Assembly (NCBI GenBank): GCA_050309605.1
Contig: JBNRMN010000047.1
Span: 1 to 17,686, forward strand
DNA length: 17,686 nucleotides
Reading direction: 5' to 3'
From: Anaerohalosphaeraceae bacterium
Lineage (GTDB): Bacteria; Planctomycetota; Phycisphaerae; Sedimentisphaerales; Anaerohalosphaeraceae
Shown: positions 7,112 to 16,360 of the stretch, piece by piece
How the letters are laid out: each line of letters starts with the position of its first letter
Position numbering within the stretch: the stretch's first letter is position 1
Program-made: the position numbers and the translations under genes
Notes under the pieces: generated by a model
Seen by the model: the letters and a program-made list of their open reading frames with translations, nothing else
Database searches by the model: none
What the model was told of the DNA's origin: nothing

Positions 7112-7248
7112 TACAGAGCGTCTCTGTCCTTAAATGGTTTCTTTTTTTTCAATTTCATACACTTGTCCACCCATTTTGCAGAGAACAGGTTACTTTGGCA
7201 ACAGTATTATCCGAAGATTCCAATGTCGTCAGTTGAAGTATTTTTCGA

Positions 7249-7277
7249 TTTACTTTTCGCTGTTAATGTGATAAAAT
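7249..7277 (+). promoter_or_regulatory. Putative sigma70-type promoter for the subtilase gene
   Basis: TTTACT (7249-7254), 17-bp spacer, then TAAAAT (7272-7277) preceded by TGa (extended -10); lies in the AT-rich divergent intergenic region. Confidence 0.45.
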
Positions 7278-7311
7278 AATTGACTAATTGATGTTTCAAT
7301 GAGGGGATGGG

Positions 7312-8793
7312 ATGTCGCCCAGCGTTTTTAATATGGTCGTGTTGTTGTTATTCGGTGCCGGATCTCTCTTTGCCGAGGTCGTTCCGAACCGGTATATCGT
7401 CCAGTTTGAACCGACGGTGCGTACCGCCGATATGGAATCGCGTGCCGCCTGGGCCGAGCGTCAGACCGGCGGAGTCAGAGGCTATATCTAACGCAGAGCG
7501 TTGCGCGGCTTTACGATCAGCTTGCCCCCGAATGTGCCCATCGAACGACTGGGTCAACTGCCCGGCGTTCGGCTCATCGAACCGGATATGAAGATGGTTT
7601 TGGCCGCTCAGGCCACTCCCAACGGCGTGCAGCGGATCAATGCGCATCGGTGCCCCATCGCCAATATCAACGGCATCGATCAGCGTGTGGATGTTGATGT
7701 TGCGGTCATTGATACCGGCATTCAGCCCGACCATCCGGATTTGAATGTCGCAGGGGGGCGACGGTTTTATTCCGGGTATCGAGGATTGAACCTGCGTCAG
7801 TTTCAAGACGATCAGTACCATGACATCGACGGCCACGGTACACACGTCGCCGGCATTATCGGTGCGTTGGACAATCATATCGGTGTGGTCGGCGTAGCGC
7901 CGGGAGTGAGATTGTGGGCGCTGCGGGTGTTTAATGACGACGGCGATAGCTACCTCAGCGATGTTGCCGCGGCGATTGACTGGATGATCGACAACCTTGA
8001 TACGGTCAGCGTCGTGAACATCAGCCTTTCCGGCACAGGATATCATGACGCCTTGCATACCGCCATCCAAAATGCAGTCGCTCAGGGAATCGTGGTGGTT
8101 GCCGCCGCCGGCAATGATGCGAAGGATATTTACGGCGCCGACGGCATATTCGGAACAAACGACGATGTGGTCCCGGCCGCTTTTCCCGAAGTGGCGGCCA
8201 TTTCGGCGCTGTACGATACCAACGGCAAACCGGGCGGTTCGACATCCAACCTGAATGACGACTCCTTTGCTGTCTCCTTCAGCAATTTCAGCGGCTCGGT
8301 CGTGTCGTACAACCCCGTCCACTCTCCCGGTGCGGCGATTGATTTGATGATGCCGGGGGTTTCGATTAGATCAACGTTTCTTAACAGCGGCTACGCCACG
8401 AAAAGCGGCACGAGCATGGCCGCACCGCACGCGGCGGGCCTGGCGGCGCTGTATATTGCCGTCAACGGTCGAGCAGTCAACGCCGCCGGGGTCTATGCCG
8501 TTCGCCAGGCCCTGATCGACAGTGCTTCGGCGCAGACCTCGCCGCGCGGCCTGTCGCGGTTCAATGATCCTGATGCCAACCCCGAACCCATTGGCTACAT
8601 CATTCCGGCTGATCTCAATTATGACGGCGTGGTGGACGTGCTGGATCTGGTCATTCTGACCTCGGTCTGGATGGATACGGAGTCCGCCCCGTTTTTTTGC
8701 CGTCGATGTGATTTTGCGCTGCCGCCGAACGGTATCATCGACGTTCTCGATCTGGCTGAGCTGACCAAATACTGGCGGGTGGGATTGGATTAA
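7312..8793 (+). pseudogene. Secreted S8 subtilisin-like serine peptidase (signal peptide, I9 propeptide, S8 domain, C-terminal dockerin-like repeats) interrupted by in-frame TAA at 7489-7491
   Basis: The same frame from ATG 7312 (SD gagggg 7301-7306) reads MSPSVFNMVVLLLFGAGSLFA-EVVPNRYIVQFEPTVRTADMESRAAWAERQTGGVRGYI*RRALRGFTISL. Triad motifs VAVIDTGI, HGTHVAG and SGTSMAAPHAAG are intact. Tail ADLNYDGVVDVLDL..W / PPNGIIDVLDL..W. Family assignment is firm; true pseudogene versus sequencing error is unresolved. Confidence 0.85.
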
Positions 8794-8808
8794 GGTTTGC
8801 CGACGTAT

Positions 8809-9231
8809 TCAGTGATGCGTTGAGAGTCCTGTTACCTGGAGGTGGATGCGGCGGGTTCGCGGGCCGTCGAATTCGCAGAAAAAGACCGACTGCCATGTGC
8901 CCAGTTTCAAGCGACCGTTTTCAATCATCACCAGTTCATTGGCCCCGACCAGGGAGGTCTTGACGTGGGCGTCGCTGTTGCCTTCGCCGTGTCGGTAGCC
9001 GGGGCGATTTTTCGGCAGCAGTTCCTCCAGCGTCAGCAGGATGTCGTGCTGCACATCCGGGTCGGCATTCTCGTTGATGGTAATCGCCGCGGTGGTGTGC
9101 GGACAGAAGACCAGAACCGTACCGTTTTGAACGCCGCTTTCAGCGACGGCCTCGGCCACCTGCGCGGTGATATCCATCATCTGACACCGCCGATTCGTCC
9201 GTACCGAAATGGTTTTGTGTGTGGTCTGCAT
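8809..9231 (-). CDS. yjbQ: YjbQ/UPF0047 family protein (secondary thiamine-phosphate synthase)
   Basis: HTTAAITINENADPDV, HGEGNSDAHVK and LGTWQSVFFCEFDGPR motifs. Confidence 0.93.
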   Translation of the reverse strand: MQTTHKTISVRTNRRCQMMDITAQVAEAVAESGVQNGTVLVFCPHTTAAITINENADPDVQHDILLTLEELLPKNRPGYRHGEGNSDAHVKTSLVGANELVMIENGRLKLGTWQSVFFCEFDGPRTRRIHLQVTGLSTHH

Positions 9232-9290
9232 TTCTCTTGCCTTCCATCAATCATCCACGAAAATTCGCGAAATCCGTAGTTATGAATAAT

Positions 9291-11054
9291 CTACATTTGG
9301 TCGAGCACCTCAATGCCCAGCAGTTCGCTCAATCCGTGGCGAATGATCCGCGCAGCCAGGTCGCACAGCAGCAGCCGCGTCGGACGATGCGCCGCCTCGG
9401 CCGTCAAGACCGGACAAGCCGTGTAGAACCGGCTGAACGCCTGGGCCAGGTCGTACAGATAGCCCGTCAGATAGTTCGGGCGGCACTCGGCTATCGCCGC
9501 GGCAATCGCCTGATCGTACCGTACCAGCAGCTTGGCCAGCTCCTTTTCCGCCGGTTCGGTCAGCAGCAGGGCGTCCAAACCGTTCAGTTCATTTTGGATG
9601 TTCACCGCTTTGCCCGCCGCCTTGCGTTCGATGGATTTGATGCGGGCATAGGCGTACTGCATATACGGAGCGGTATTGCCGTCCAGCGACAGCATCCGAT
9701 CAAAGCTGAAGACATAATCGCTGTTGCGATTGTTGGCATAGTCGGCGTACTTGACCGCACCGATGCCGACGGCTTGGGCGATTTGGGCTTTCTGATCGGA
9801 CGGCAGATCGGGGTTTTTCTCCTCGACGACCGCTTTGGCTCGTTCCACGGCCTCATCCAGCAGGTCTTTGAGTTTGACCGTCCCGCCGGTGCGCGTCTTG
9901 AAGGGTTTGCCGTCGGCGCCCAGCATCGTGCCGAAGGTAACATGCTCCAGCGTAATTCGCTCATCGACCCACCCGGCCATCTGTGCCGTGGCAAACAGCA
10001 TCTGAAAATGCAGCGCCTGCCGCGCGTCGGTCACATAAATCACCGTATCGGCCTTCAATTCATTCACCCGAAACCGCAGTGCCGCCAGATCCGTCGTGGC
10101 GTACAGAAACGCCCCGTCTGATTTTTGAATAATGAACGGCAGCGGCTGGCCGTCCTTGTTCTTGAACCCTTCCGGAAACACACACATCGCCCCGTCCGAC
10201 TCAACCGCCAGCCCCTTGGCCTTCAGGTCCGCTACAACATCGGCCAGATGATCCGCATAAAAACTTTCACCGCGTTCATCGCTGACTTTAAGCGTGATAT
10301 TGAGCACGTCGTATATTGGCAGATAGTGCTGACGCGATTCATCGACAATTTTTTGCCAAACGCGCATTGTGTCGGCGTTGTGATTGTGTAAGCGGACGAC
10401 TTCCTGGCGAGCGGTCTTAGCGAATGCCTCATCCTCATCGGATTTTCGCTTGGCCTCCTGGTAAAATGCTTCCAGATCGGCGATATGCGCTCCTTCGGGA
10501 TTTTCCAGAATATGAGGGTGTTGTTCTTTCAAGTACGCGATGAGCATGCCGAACTGCGTGCCCCAGTCACCGATGTGGTTTTGGCGGATGACGGTGTGGC
10601 CGGTAAATTCATAGAGCCGGGCGATGCAGTCGCCGATGATGGTGCTGCGCAGATGCCCGACGTGCATTTGTTTGGCGATGTTGGGCGCGGAATAATCGAC
10701 CACGACGGTCCGGGGCGTGTCGGTTTGATCAATCCCCAGCCGCTCGGCGTCACGATACATCCCCAGCAGCCGCTCGGCCAAAAAGCCATCCGTCAGCCGC
10801 AGGTTGATAAACCCCGGCCCGGCCACTTCCGGCGGCTCGCAGATATCGTCGATCTCCATCACCTCCACAACCCGCTGGGCCAGTTCACGCGGATTGGTCT
10901 TGGCCTGTTTAGCCGCAGCCATTATGCCGTTGGCCTGATAGTCGCCGAATTTCGCGTCCGCCGCCGGACGCACCAGCGCCGCAGCGTCTGTGCCGATGAC
11001 CGCACCAATCGCCGCCGAAATCCGTTCTTCCAGAATATCCGTCAGTCTTCTCAT
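9291..11054 (-). CDS. argS: Arginine--tRNA ligase
   Basis: FGDYQAN, AGPGFIN, VDYSAPNIAKQMHVGHLRSTIIGD (HIGH), KSDGAFLYATTDLAA, KPFKTR, GNTAPYMQYAYAR. ATG 11054 is preferred to the TTG at 11066. Confidence 0.97.
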   Translation of the reverse strand: MRRLTDILEERISAAIGAVIGTDAAALVRPAADAKFGDYQANGIMAAAKQAKTNPRELAQRVVEVMEIDDICEPPEVAGPGFINLRLTDGFLAERLLGMYRDAERLGIDQTDTPRTVVVDYSAPNIAKQMHVGHLRSTIIGDCIARLYEFTGHTVIRQNHIGDWGTQFGMLIAYLKEQHPHILENPEGAHIADLEAFYQEAKRKSDEDEAFAKTARQEVVRLHNHNADTMRVWQKIVDESRQHYLPIYDVLNITLKVSDERGESFYADHLADVVADLKAKGLAVESDGAMCVFPEGFKNKDGQPLPFIIQKSDGAFLYATTDLAALRFRVNELKADTVIYVTDARQALHFQMLFATAQMAGWVDERITLEHVTFGTMLGADGKPFKTRTGGTVKLKDLLDEAVERAKAVVEEKNPDLPSDQKAQIAQAVGIGAVKYADYANNRNSDYVFSFDRMLSLDGNTAPYMQYAYARIKSIERKAAGKAVNIQNELNGLDALLLTEPAEKELAKLLVRYDQAIAAAIAECRPNYLTGYLYDLAQAFSRFYTACPVLTAEAAHRPTRLLLCDLAARIIRHGLSELLGIEVLDQM

Positions 11055-11056
11055 CG

Positions 11057-11081
11057 CAATCGTCAATGATCAATAGTCAAT
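11057..11081. repeat. 7-bp tandem repeat (CAATNNT x3.6) over the rsfS stop / argS leader
   Basis: caatcgt caatgat caatagt caat. Confidence 0.6.
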
Positions 11082-11522
11082 CTGCTTGGCGTCGCCCCAG
11101 AGCATTTCAAGGTTGTAGTAATCACGATATTTAGCGTCGAACAGATGAACCACCACGTTCACAAAATCCAGCAGAATCCACTGCCCCTGCTCATAGCCGG
11201 CATTGCCGAAGCACATCAGCTTGTACTTCTTTTTCGCCAGCATCATCATCTCATCGGCTACCGTGCGGCTTTGCCGGTCGCTGGTGCCGGTGGCGATCAG
11301 AAAATAATCCGTTGCCGGACTCAGCCCCCGCAGATCGAGCAGCACAATGTCCGTACAGTGTCGATCGCGCGCGATGCGGGCCGCCTCCACGGCAAACTGT
11401 CTGTCCGTTAAACGGGGCCGAGCCGTTTTTGTTTTCGCCGCGGCCGGGTCGGTTGTATTGGCAATCGCTTTGGGCGTTGTCTTATTTGCGGTTTTGGGCG
11501 TTTTAGAAGGCTTTTTCTGCAT
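11070..11522 (-). CDS. rsfS: Ribosome silencing factor RsfS (Iojap) with Lys/Thr/Ala-rich N-terminal extension
   Basis: DIVLLDLRGLSPATDYFLIATGTSDRQ, WILLDFVNVVVHLF and RDYYNLEMLWGDA. Confidence 0.95.
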   Translation of the reverse strand: MQKKPSKTPKTANKTTPKAIANTTDPAAAKTKTARPRLTDRQFAVEAARIARDRHCTDIVLLDLRGLSPATDYFLIATGTSDRQSRTVADEMMMLAKKKYKLMCFGNAGYEQGQWILLDFVNVVVHLFDAKYRDYYNLEMLWGDAKQIDY

Positions 11523-11546
11523 ACGTGTTTAATTTCCGGTTCAAAA

Positions 11547-11580
11547 CAAAAAAACAAGGGCGCCCCGTCAGGGACGCCCC
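11547..11580 (-). terminator. Rho-independent terminator after hppA
   Basis: Minus strand gggcgtccc-tgac-ggggcgccc (9-bp stem with one U-G pair, which pairs only on the minus strand) followed by ttgttttttt. Confidence 0.75.
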
Positions 11581-11583
11581 TAA

Positions 11584-11612
11584 AGCATACTCGATTTTCA
11601 GTACGTCGTCAA
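11584..11612 (-). promoter_or_regulatory. Putative sigma70 promoter for rsfS-argS
   Basis: TTGACG (11612-11607), 17-bp spacer, TATGCT (11589-11584). Confidence 0.6.
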
Positions 11613-11620
11613 CCGCACGT

Positions 11621-14014
11621 TTAGTTGCTCATGCCGAACCAGCCGCCGATGACCGAGCCGTACTTGACGACCACACCGCTGAACACCACGCTGACCATCA
11701 TCATCAGCTTGATCAGGATGTTCAAACTCGGCCCGGCGGTATCCTTGAACGGATCACCGACGGTATCGCCGACCACCGCCGCTTTGTGCGGTTCAGATCC
11801 TTTGCCGCCCAGATGTCCTTTTTCAATGAACTTCTTGGCGTTGTCCCAGGCGCCGCCGGAGTTGTTCAGCGTAATCGCCAGCGAAAAACCGGTCGTCAGT
11901 ACGCCGGCCAGCAGGCCGAGCACACCGGCCACATCCAGCAGCAGCCCCGTCGCTACCGGTACGATAATCGCCAGCAGACTCGGCAAAATCATCTCTTTTT
12001 GGGCGCCGGCGGTGGAAATATACACACAGCGGGCATAATCCGGTTTCTCGGTGCCTTCCATAATACCGGGTTTTTCGCGGAACTGGGTTCGCACCTCATT
12101 CACCATTGCACCGGCGGCCCGCCCGACGGCCTTAATCAGCAGGGCACAGAACACAAAGCACATCATCGAGCCGATAAAGATGCCGCCGATCAGACGCGGG
12201 TTCATGATCGTCAGGTTATACGCCTCAACGAAATCCGTCACCGAGGCCGTGGTCACGCTGTCATAGGTAAAGACCTTTTCGCCGACCTGATACACCCCGG
12301 CCATCCCCTCTTCGGTGGCCAGAATGAGCTTTTTAATCCAGATGCGCACTTCTTCAAGATAGGCCGCTAAAAGCGCCATCGCCGTCAGCGCCGCCGAACC
12401 AATGGCAAAGCCTTTACCCGTTGCTGCGGTGGTATTGCCCAGCGCGTCCAGCGCGTCGGTGCGTTTGCGAACTTCCTCGCCCAGACCGCTCATCTCAGCG
12501 TTGCCGCCGGCGTTGTCGGCAATCGGGCCGTAGGCGTCGGTCGCCAGCGTAATGCCCAGTGTGGACAGCATACCGACCGCCGCAAACCCGATACCGTACA
12601 GCCCCCAGGCGACATTCGTAAAGCCGCCGGCAAAGGTGAACGCACAAATAATGCCGAGCACGATCGTTACCACCGACCAGCCCGTTGAGGTCATACCGAC
12701 GGCAAAGCCGTCAATAATGGTGGTGGCCGGCCCCATCTGAGATTGATCGGCGATACCCTTGGTCGGCTTATATTCGTCTGAGGTATAGATTTCGGTAATT
12801 TGGCCGATGATGACGCCGGCAAACAGCCCCGAAACGACGGAGAAAAAGATTCCCCACGTCATAAACCCGGTCAAAACCAGCAACGCCATCACCACCACGA
12901 TCAAGATCGAACTGCCGGCTGTGCCTTTCAGCAAGGCGCGCAGAAGCTGTTTTTGGCTGGCGACTTCTTCGCATTTGACCATAAAGATACCGGCAATCGA
13001 CAGAAGAATACCGATACCGGCCACCAGCATTGGCGCCAGCACGGCCTTGAGCGGGGTCAGATTCCCCGGCAGCGCCGTCAGCGACAGGGCCGCGCCCAGT
13101 GTGGCGGTTGCCAAAATCGAACCGCAGTAGCTTTCGTACAGGTCAGCACCCATACCGGCCACGTCGCCCACGTTGTCGCCCACATTGTCGGCGATGGTCG
13201 CCGGATTGCGCGGGTCGTCTTCCGGGATACCCGCCTCGACCTTGCCGACCAGGTCGGCGCCGACGTCCGCGGCCTTGGTGTAGATGCCGCCGCCGACACG
13301 AGCAAACAGCGCCTGTGTCGAAGCACCCATACCGAACGTAATCATGGTGACCGTAATCTCAATCAACTTCTGTTCCTGCTGCATGCCCTGATAGACCAGC
13401 GTCAGGCCCATAAATTCAAGCCCCTCGCGCATATTCTGGGCGGTATAAATCACTTTGTCCAGGAACAGATACCATGCGGCAATATCCAGCAGGCCGAATC
13501 CGACCACGACCAGACCCATCACCGCGCCGGAGCGGAACGCGACCTGCAGGCCGCGATTGAGGCCTTCGCTGGCGCCTTGAGCCGTTCGGCTGGAGGCCAT
13601 CGTGGCGGTCTTCATCCCCAAAAAGCCGCACAGGCCGCTGAAAAAGCCGCCTGTCAAAAACGCCAGCGGCACAAACGGGTTCTGAATCCCCTGATAGGCC
13701 AGAACACCCAGAATGGCCACCAAAATGGCAAACACCACCGCCACGACCTTGTACTGGCGAAACAGATACGCGTAAGCACCTTCCTGGACGTGGGTGGCAA
13801 TTTCGATCATTTTTTCATTGCCGGCCGGGGCTTCGAGCACTTTTTTGTAAAAATAACGCGCAAAGCCCAGCGCCACCAAGGCCGAGACCAGCGCCAGCAG
13901 CGGTGCAAACCAGCGCAGCCCGACGCCCGGTTCAGCCCCGTCAGCCGCCCAGGCCGGTGCCGACATCAGCAGCATCCCCAAACCAACAGCCAGAGTTTTT
14001 CCTGTTCCTTTCAC
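11621..14014 (-). CDS. hppA: Membrane-integral K+-dependent cation-translocating pyrophosphatase (probably Na+,H+-PPase subfamily)
   Basis: [52 protein letters not shown] and [13 protein letters not shown] start with SD aaagga; N-terminal signal-like segment ending AWA-AD. Confidence 0.96.
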   Translation of the reverse strand: MKGTGKTLAVGLGMLLMSAPAWAADGAEPGVGLRWFAPLLALVSALVALGFARYFYKKVLEAPAGNEKMIEIATHVQEGAYAYLFRQYKVVAVVFAILVAILGVLAYQGIQNPFVPLAFLTGGFFSGLCGFLGMKTATMASSRTAQGASEGLNRGLQVAFRSGAVMGLVVVGFGLLDIAAWYLFLDKVIYTAQNMREGLEFMGLTLVYQGMQQEQKLIEITVTMITFGMGASTQALFARVGGGIYTKAADVGADLVGKVEAGIPEDDPRNPATIADNVGDNVGDVAGMGADLYESYCGSILATATLGAALSLTALPGNLTPLKAVLAPMLVAGIGILLSIAGIFMVKCEEVASQKQLLRALLKGTAGSSILIVVVMALLVLTGFMTWGIFFSVVSGLFAGVIIGQITEIYTSDEYKPTKGIADQSQMGPATTIIDGFAVGMTSTGWSVVTIVLGIICAFTFAGGFTNVAWGLYGIGFAAVGMLSTLGITLATDAYGPIADNAGGNAEMSGLGEEVRKRTDALDALGNTTAATGKGFAIGSAALTAMALLAAYLEEVRIWIKKLILATEEGMAGVYQVGEKVFTYDSVTTASVTDFVEAYNLTIMNPRLIGGIFIGSMMCFVFCALLIKAVGRAAGAMVNEVRTQFREKPGIMEGTEKPDYARCVYISTAGAQKEMILPSLLAIIVPVATGLLLDVAGVLGLLAGVLTTGFSLAITLNNSGGAWDNAKKFIEKGHLGGKGSEPHKAAVVGDTVGDPFKDTAGPSLNILIKLMMMVSVVFSGVVVKYGSVIGGWFGMSN

Positions 14015-14067
14015 TGTAAGCCATCCTTTCTTAAGTTAACTCGGTTCTTCTGTGTAAAATTGAAGCC

Positions 14068-14095
14068 AGTTTAGCGATTAAAATTGGTTTTTCAA
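14068..14095 (-). promoter_or_regulatory. Putative sigma70 promoter for hppA
   Basis: TTGAAA (14095-14090), 16-bp spacer, TAAACT (14073-14068). Confidence 0.45.
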
Positions 14096-14180
14096 GCCTT
14101 TTCCGAACGGATTTTCAAATTCTTCACGGCATGAGATAATATAAGAGCAAAGAAGGCCAGCTAAGGAGTTAAAAGACCGA

Positions 14181-15386
14181 TTATGTATGATAGTCGGCGT
14201 TGATGGTGATGTATTCTCTGCCCAGGTCGCAGCCGAAGCAGAAATCGCTGTATGTGCCGACGTTCAGCTCCACTGTGATGGTATGTTCCTTTTGGGCGAT
14301 AATGGACGAGACTTTTTTGGCGTCAAACGCGGTCGGCTTTCCGTTACGGAAAACGTAGGTGTTGCCGATTTTGCAGCAAAGGCGGTCAGGATTGACCTTA
14401 ATTGCGCACGAGCCGACCGCACAGATAATCCGTCCCCAGTTCGGATCGGCCCCGTGAACGGCGCATTTGACCAGGTCGTAGTCGGCGACGGCTCTGGCGG
14501 CTTTGAAGGCGTCGGCTTGCGTGGCCGCCCCGTTGACGCGAACGGTAAACATCCGCGTTGCTCCCTCGGCGTCGAGGGCCATCTGTTTGGCCAGATCAGT
14601 GCAAAGATCCGTTAATGCCTGGGAAAATCGACGAAAGCCGATTTCGCGCTGAGTCTCGATCGGCTTGTTGTCCGCCAGCCCCGATGCCAGAATCATAGCG
14701 GTGTCGTTGGTGCTCTGGTGGCCGTCCACGGTCAGACGATTCAGCGAGCCGCCGATGGCGGTTTTGAGTGCTTTGGATAGCAGGGGCTTGCTGATGGCCG
14801 CGTCGGTGGTGAGGACGCAGATCGTTGTGGCCATATTCGGTCCGATCATCCCGGCGCCTTTGGCCGTTCCGGCCAGCGTAACGGTCTTGCCGCCGATAGT
14901 GGTCGTTCGGCAGGCCTGCTTGGGACGGGTGTCGGTGGTCATGATCGCTTTGGCAAAGTTCAGCCCGGCTGCGGCGTTGCCCTTGAGCGTTTCCACGGCC
15001 TGTTCGATGCCTGCTGTTATTTGTGTGATCGGCAGGGGGTGGCCGATAATGCCGGTCGAGGCCAGCAGGACCTTTTCGGCCTCGATCCCCAGGGCCTTGC
15101 CGGCTGTGCGGCACATCCGGCGAGCGTCGGCCAGCCCTTTAGCCCCGGTGCAGGTATTGGCGTTGCCGCTGTTGATCACGGCCGCATAAATTGGATTAGA
15201 GGCGATATGTTCCTTGCAGACGATGACCGCTGCCGATTGGATGGCGTTGGTCGTAAACAGCGCCGCCGCTTTCGCTCCGCTCGGACAAAACACCAGCCCC
15301 AAATCCGGATTGCCCGACGCTTTGACGCCGCAATGCAGCCCCGCCGCCACAAACCCCTTCGGTGCAGTAATCGTCTTATTCGTCAT
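14181..15386 (-). CDS. argJ: Glutamate N-acetyltransferase / amino-acid acetyltransferase ArgJ
   Basis: PKGFVAAG, INSGNANTCTG, STGIIG, IMTTDT, autocleavage motif KGAGMIGPNMAT-T, STNDT and DPNWGRI. ATG 15386 with SD ggag is preferred over the track start at 15458. Confidence 0.96.
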   Translation of the reverse strand: MTNKTITAPKGFVAAGLHCGVKASGNPDLGLVFCPSGAKAAALFTTNAIQSAAVIVCKEHIASNPIYAAVINSGNANTCTGAKGLADARRMCRTAGKALGIEAEKVLLASTGIIGHPLPITQITAGIEQAVETLKGNAAAGLNFAKAIMTTDTRPKQACRTTTIGGKTVTLAGTAKGAGMIGPNMATTICVLTTDAAISKPLLSKALKTAIGGSLNRLTVDGHQSTNDTAMILASGLADNKPIETQREIGFRRFSQALTDLCTDLAKQMALDAEGATRMFTVRVNGAATQADAFKAARAVADYDLVKCAVHGADPNWGRIICAVGSCAIKVNPDRLCCKIGNTYVFRNGKPTAFDAKKVSSIIAQKEHTITVELNVGTYSDFCFGCDLGREYITINADYHT

Positions 15387-15420
15387 ACTTTCACTCCGAT
15401 GAACAGGTGGAAATAATCGA

Positions 15421-16272
15421 TTAGATGGAGATTGTATTGGTAGATCGTGGGTCGTCAAGGGTTTCCGGGCCGTTGGTCAGTTTACCTGCGATGACCCGTT
15501 TGCGGAAGGCCGCCGACGGGTCGTAGAAGGTCTGGTTCAGGTCAACGGTGTTGACCATCAGGGCTTGTCGATGGTCGGGCAGTTGGGCCGCGATGCGTCC
15601 GTCGGGCAGGATGAAGCAGGACGGATACGGACAGAACCACCCGCAGGAGTTGGTCATGCTGGCCCACAGGCCGTTGTTGGCGGCGTTGGCCTGCATCGTT
15701 TGCCGCATGATCTCGCTGTGCACGCTCGGCCCTTGCTGGCGGGCGTTGTAGAACGACTGAAAGACGCATCGGACGTCGTGTTTGACCAGTTCCCGGTACA
15801 ATTCCGGAAAACGCAGGTCAAAACAAATCAACAGCGAACACATCACGCCGTTGATCTCGAAAAAGACAAACCGATTGCCCGGCGTATAGTGCAGCAAGTC
15901 GATTTCCGTGCCGAAGCGTTTATCATACCGATCAATCAGCCGGCCTTCGGGTGAAATCAAATATAAACAGTTGTGCGGCTTGTTCGGCGGCGTCAGCGGG
16001 TGGGAACTGCCCAGTACGACCCACAGCTTCAATTCGCCGGCCAATGCGACGATTTCCAACGTTCTGTCTTTGAGCCGTGACCAGTCGTAATTGGCAAAAC
16101 GGTCAAAATCCACACTTGCATAGCCGCTCAGTGCACACTCGGAAAAATGCACGATATCCGCCTTCTGTTCGGCGGCCTGTTGCATCAATTCCCGAATCCG
16201 GGCCGCATTGGCGTCAACATCGCCGCAGACCGCAAACTGACACGTCGCAATATGCAAAATCCCCTGAGTCAT
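15421..16272 (-). CDS. Carbon-nitrogen hydrolase (nitrilase superfamily) protein
   Basis: E-K-C triad in FSECALSGY, RYDKRF and LICFDLRFPE. Confidence 0.9.
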   Translation of the reverse strand: MTQGILHIATCQFAVCGDVDANAARIRELMQQAAEQKADIVHFSECALSGYASVDFDRFANYDWSRLKDRTLEIVALAGELKLWVVLGSSHPLTPPNKPHNCLYLISPEGRLIDRYDKRFGTEIDLLHYTPGNRFVFFEINGVMCSLLICFDLRFPELYRELVKHDVRCVFQSFYNARQQGPSVHSEIMRQTMQANAANNGLWASMTNSCGWFCPYPSCFILPDGRIAAQLPDHRQALMVNTVDLNQTFYDPSAAFRKRVIAGKLTNGPETLDDPRSTNTISI

Positions 16273-16319
16273 AACTCAATCAATATTCAAGTTAAATGTC
16301 AAACATGCCGCCACACATA

Positions 16320-16359
16320 CCTGCATTCTTGTGTTCCTGGGGCCTTGTGTTCTTGAACA
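16320..16359. repeat. Degenerate 8-bp tandem repeat (CYTGnnnn x5) directly after the argC stop
   Basis: cctgcatt cttgtgtt cctggggc cttgtgtt cttgaaca. Confidence 0.6.
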
Positions 16360-16360
16360 G

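Noticed and set aside
7279..7289. 11-nt match attgactaatt shared with IS positions 86-96
   Set aside because: An AT-rich 11-mer match is expected by chance in 17.7 kb, and there is no flanking similarity.
7348..8322. 324-aa minus-strand ORF
   Set aside because: Antisense shadow of the subtilase gene; no recognisable domain.
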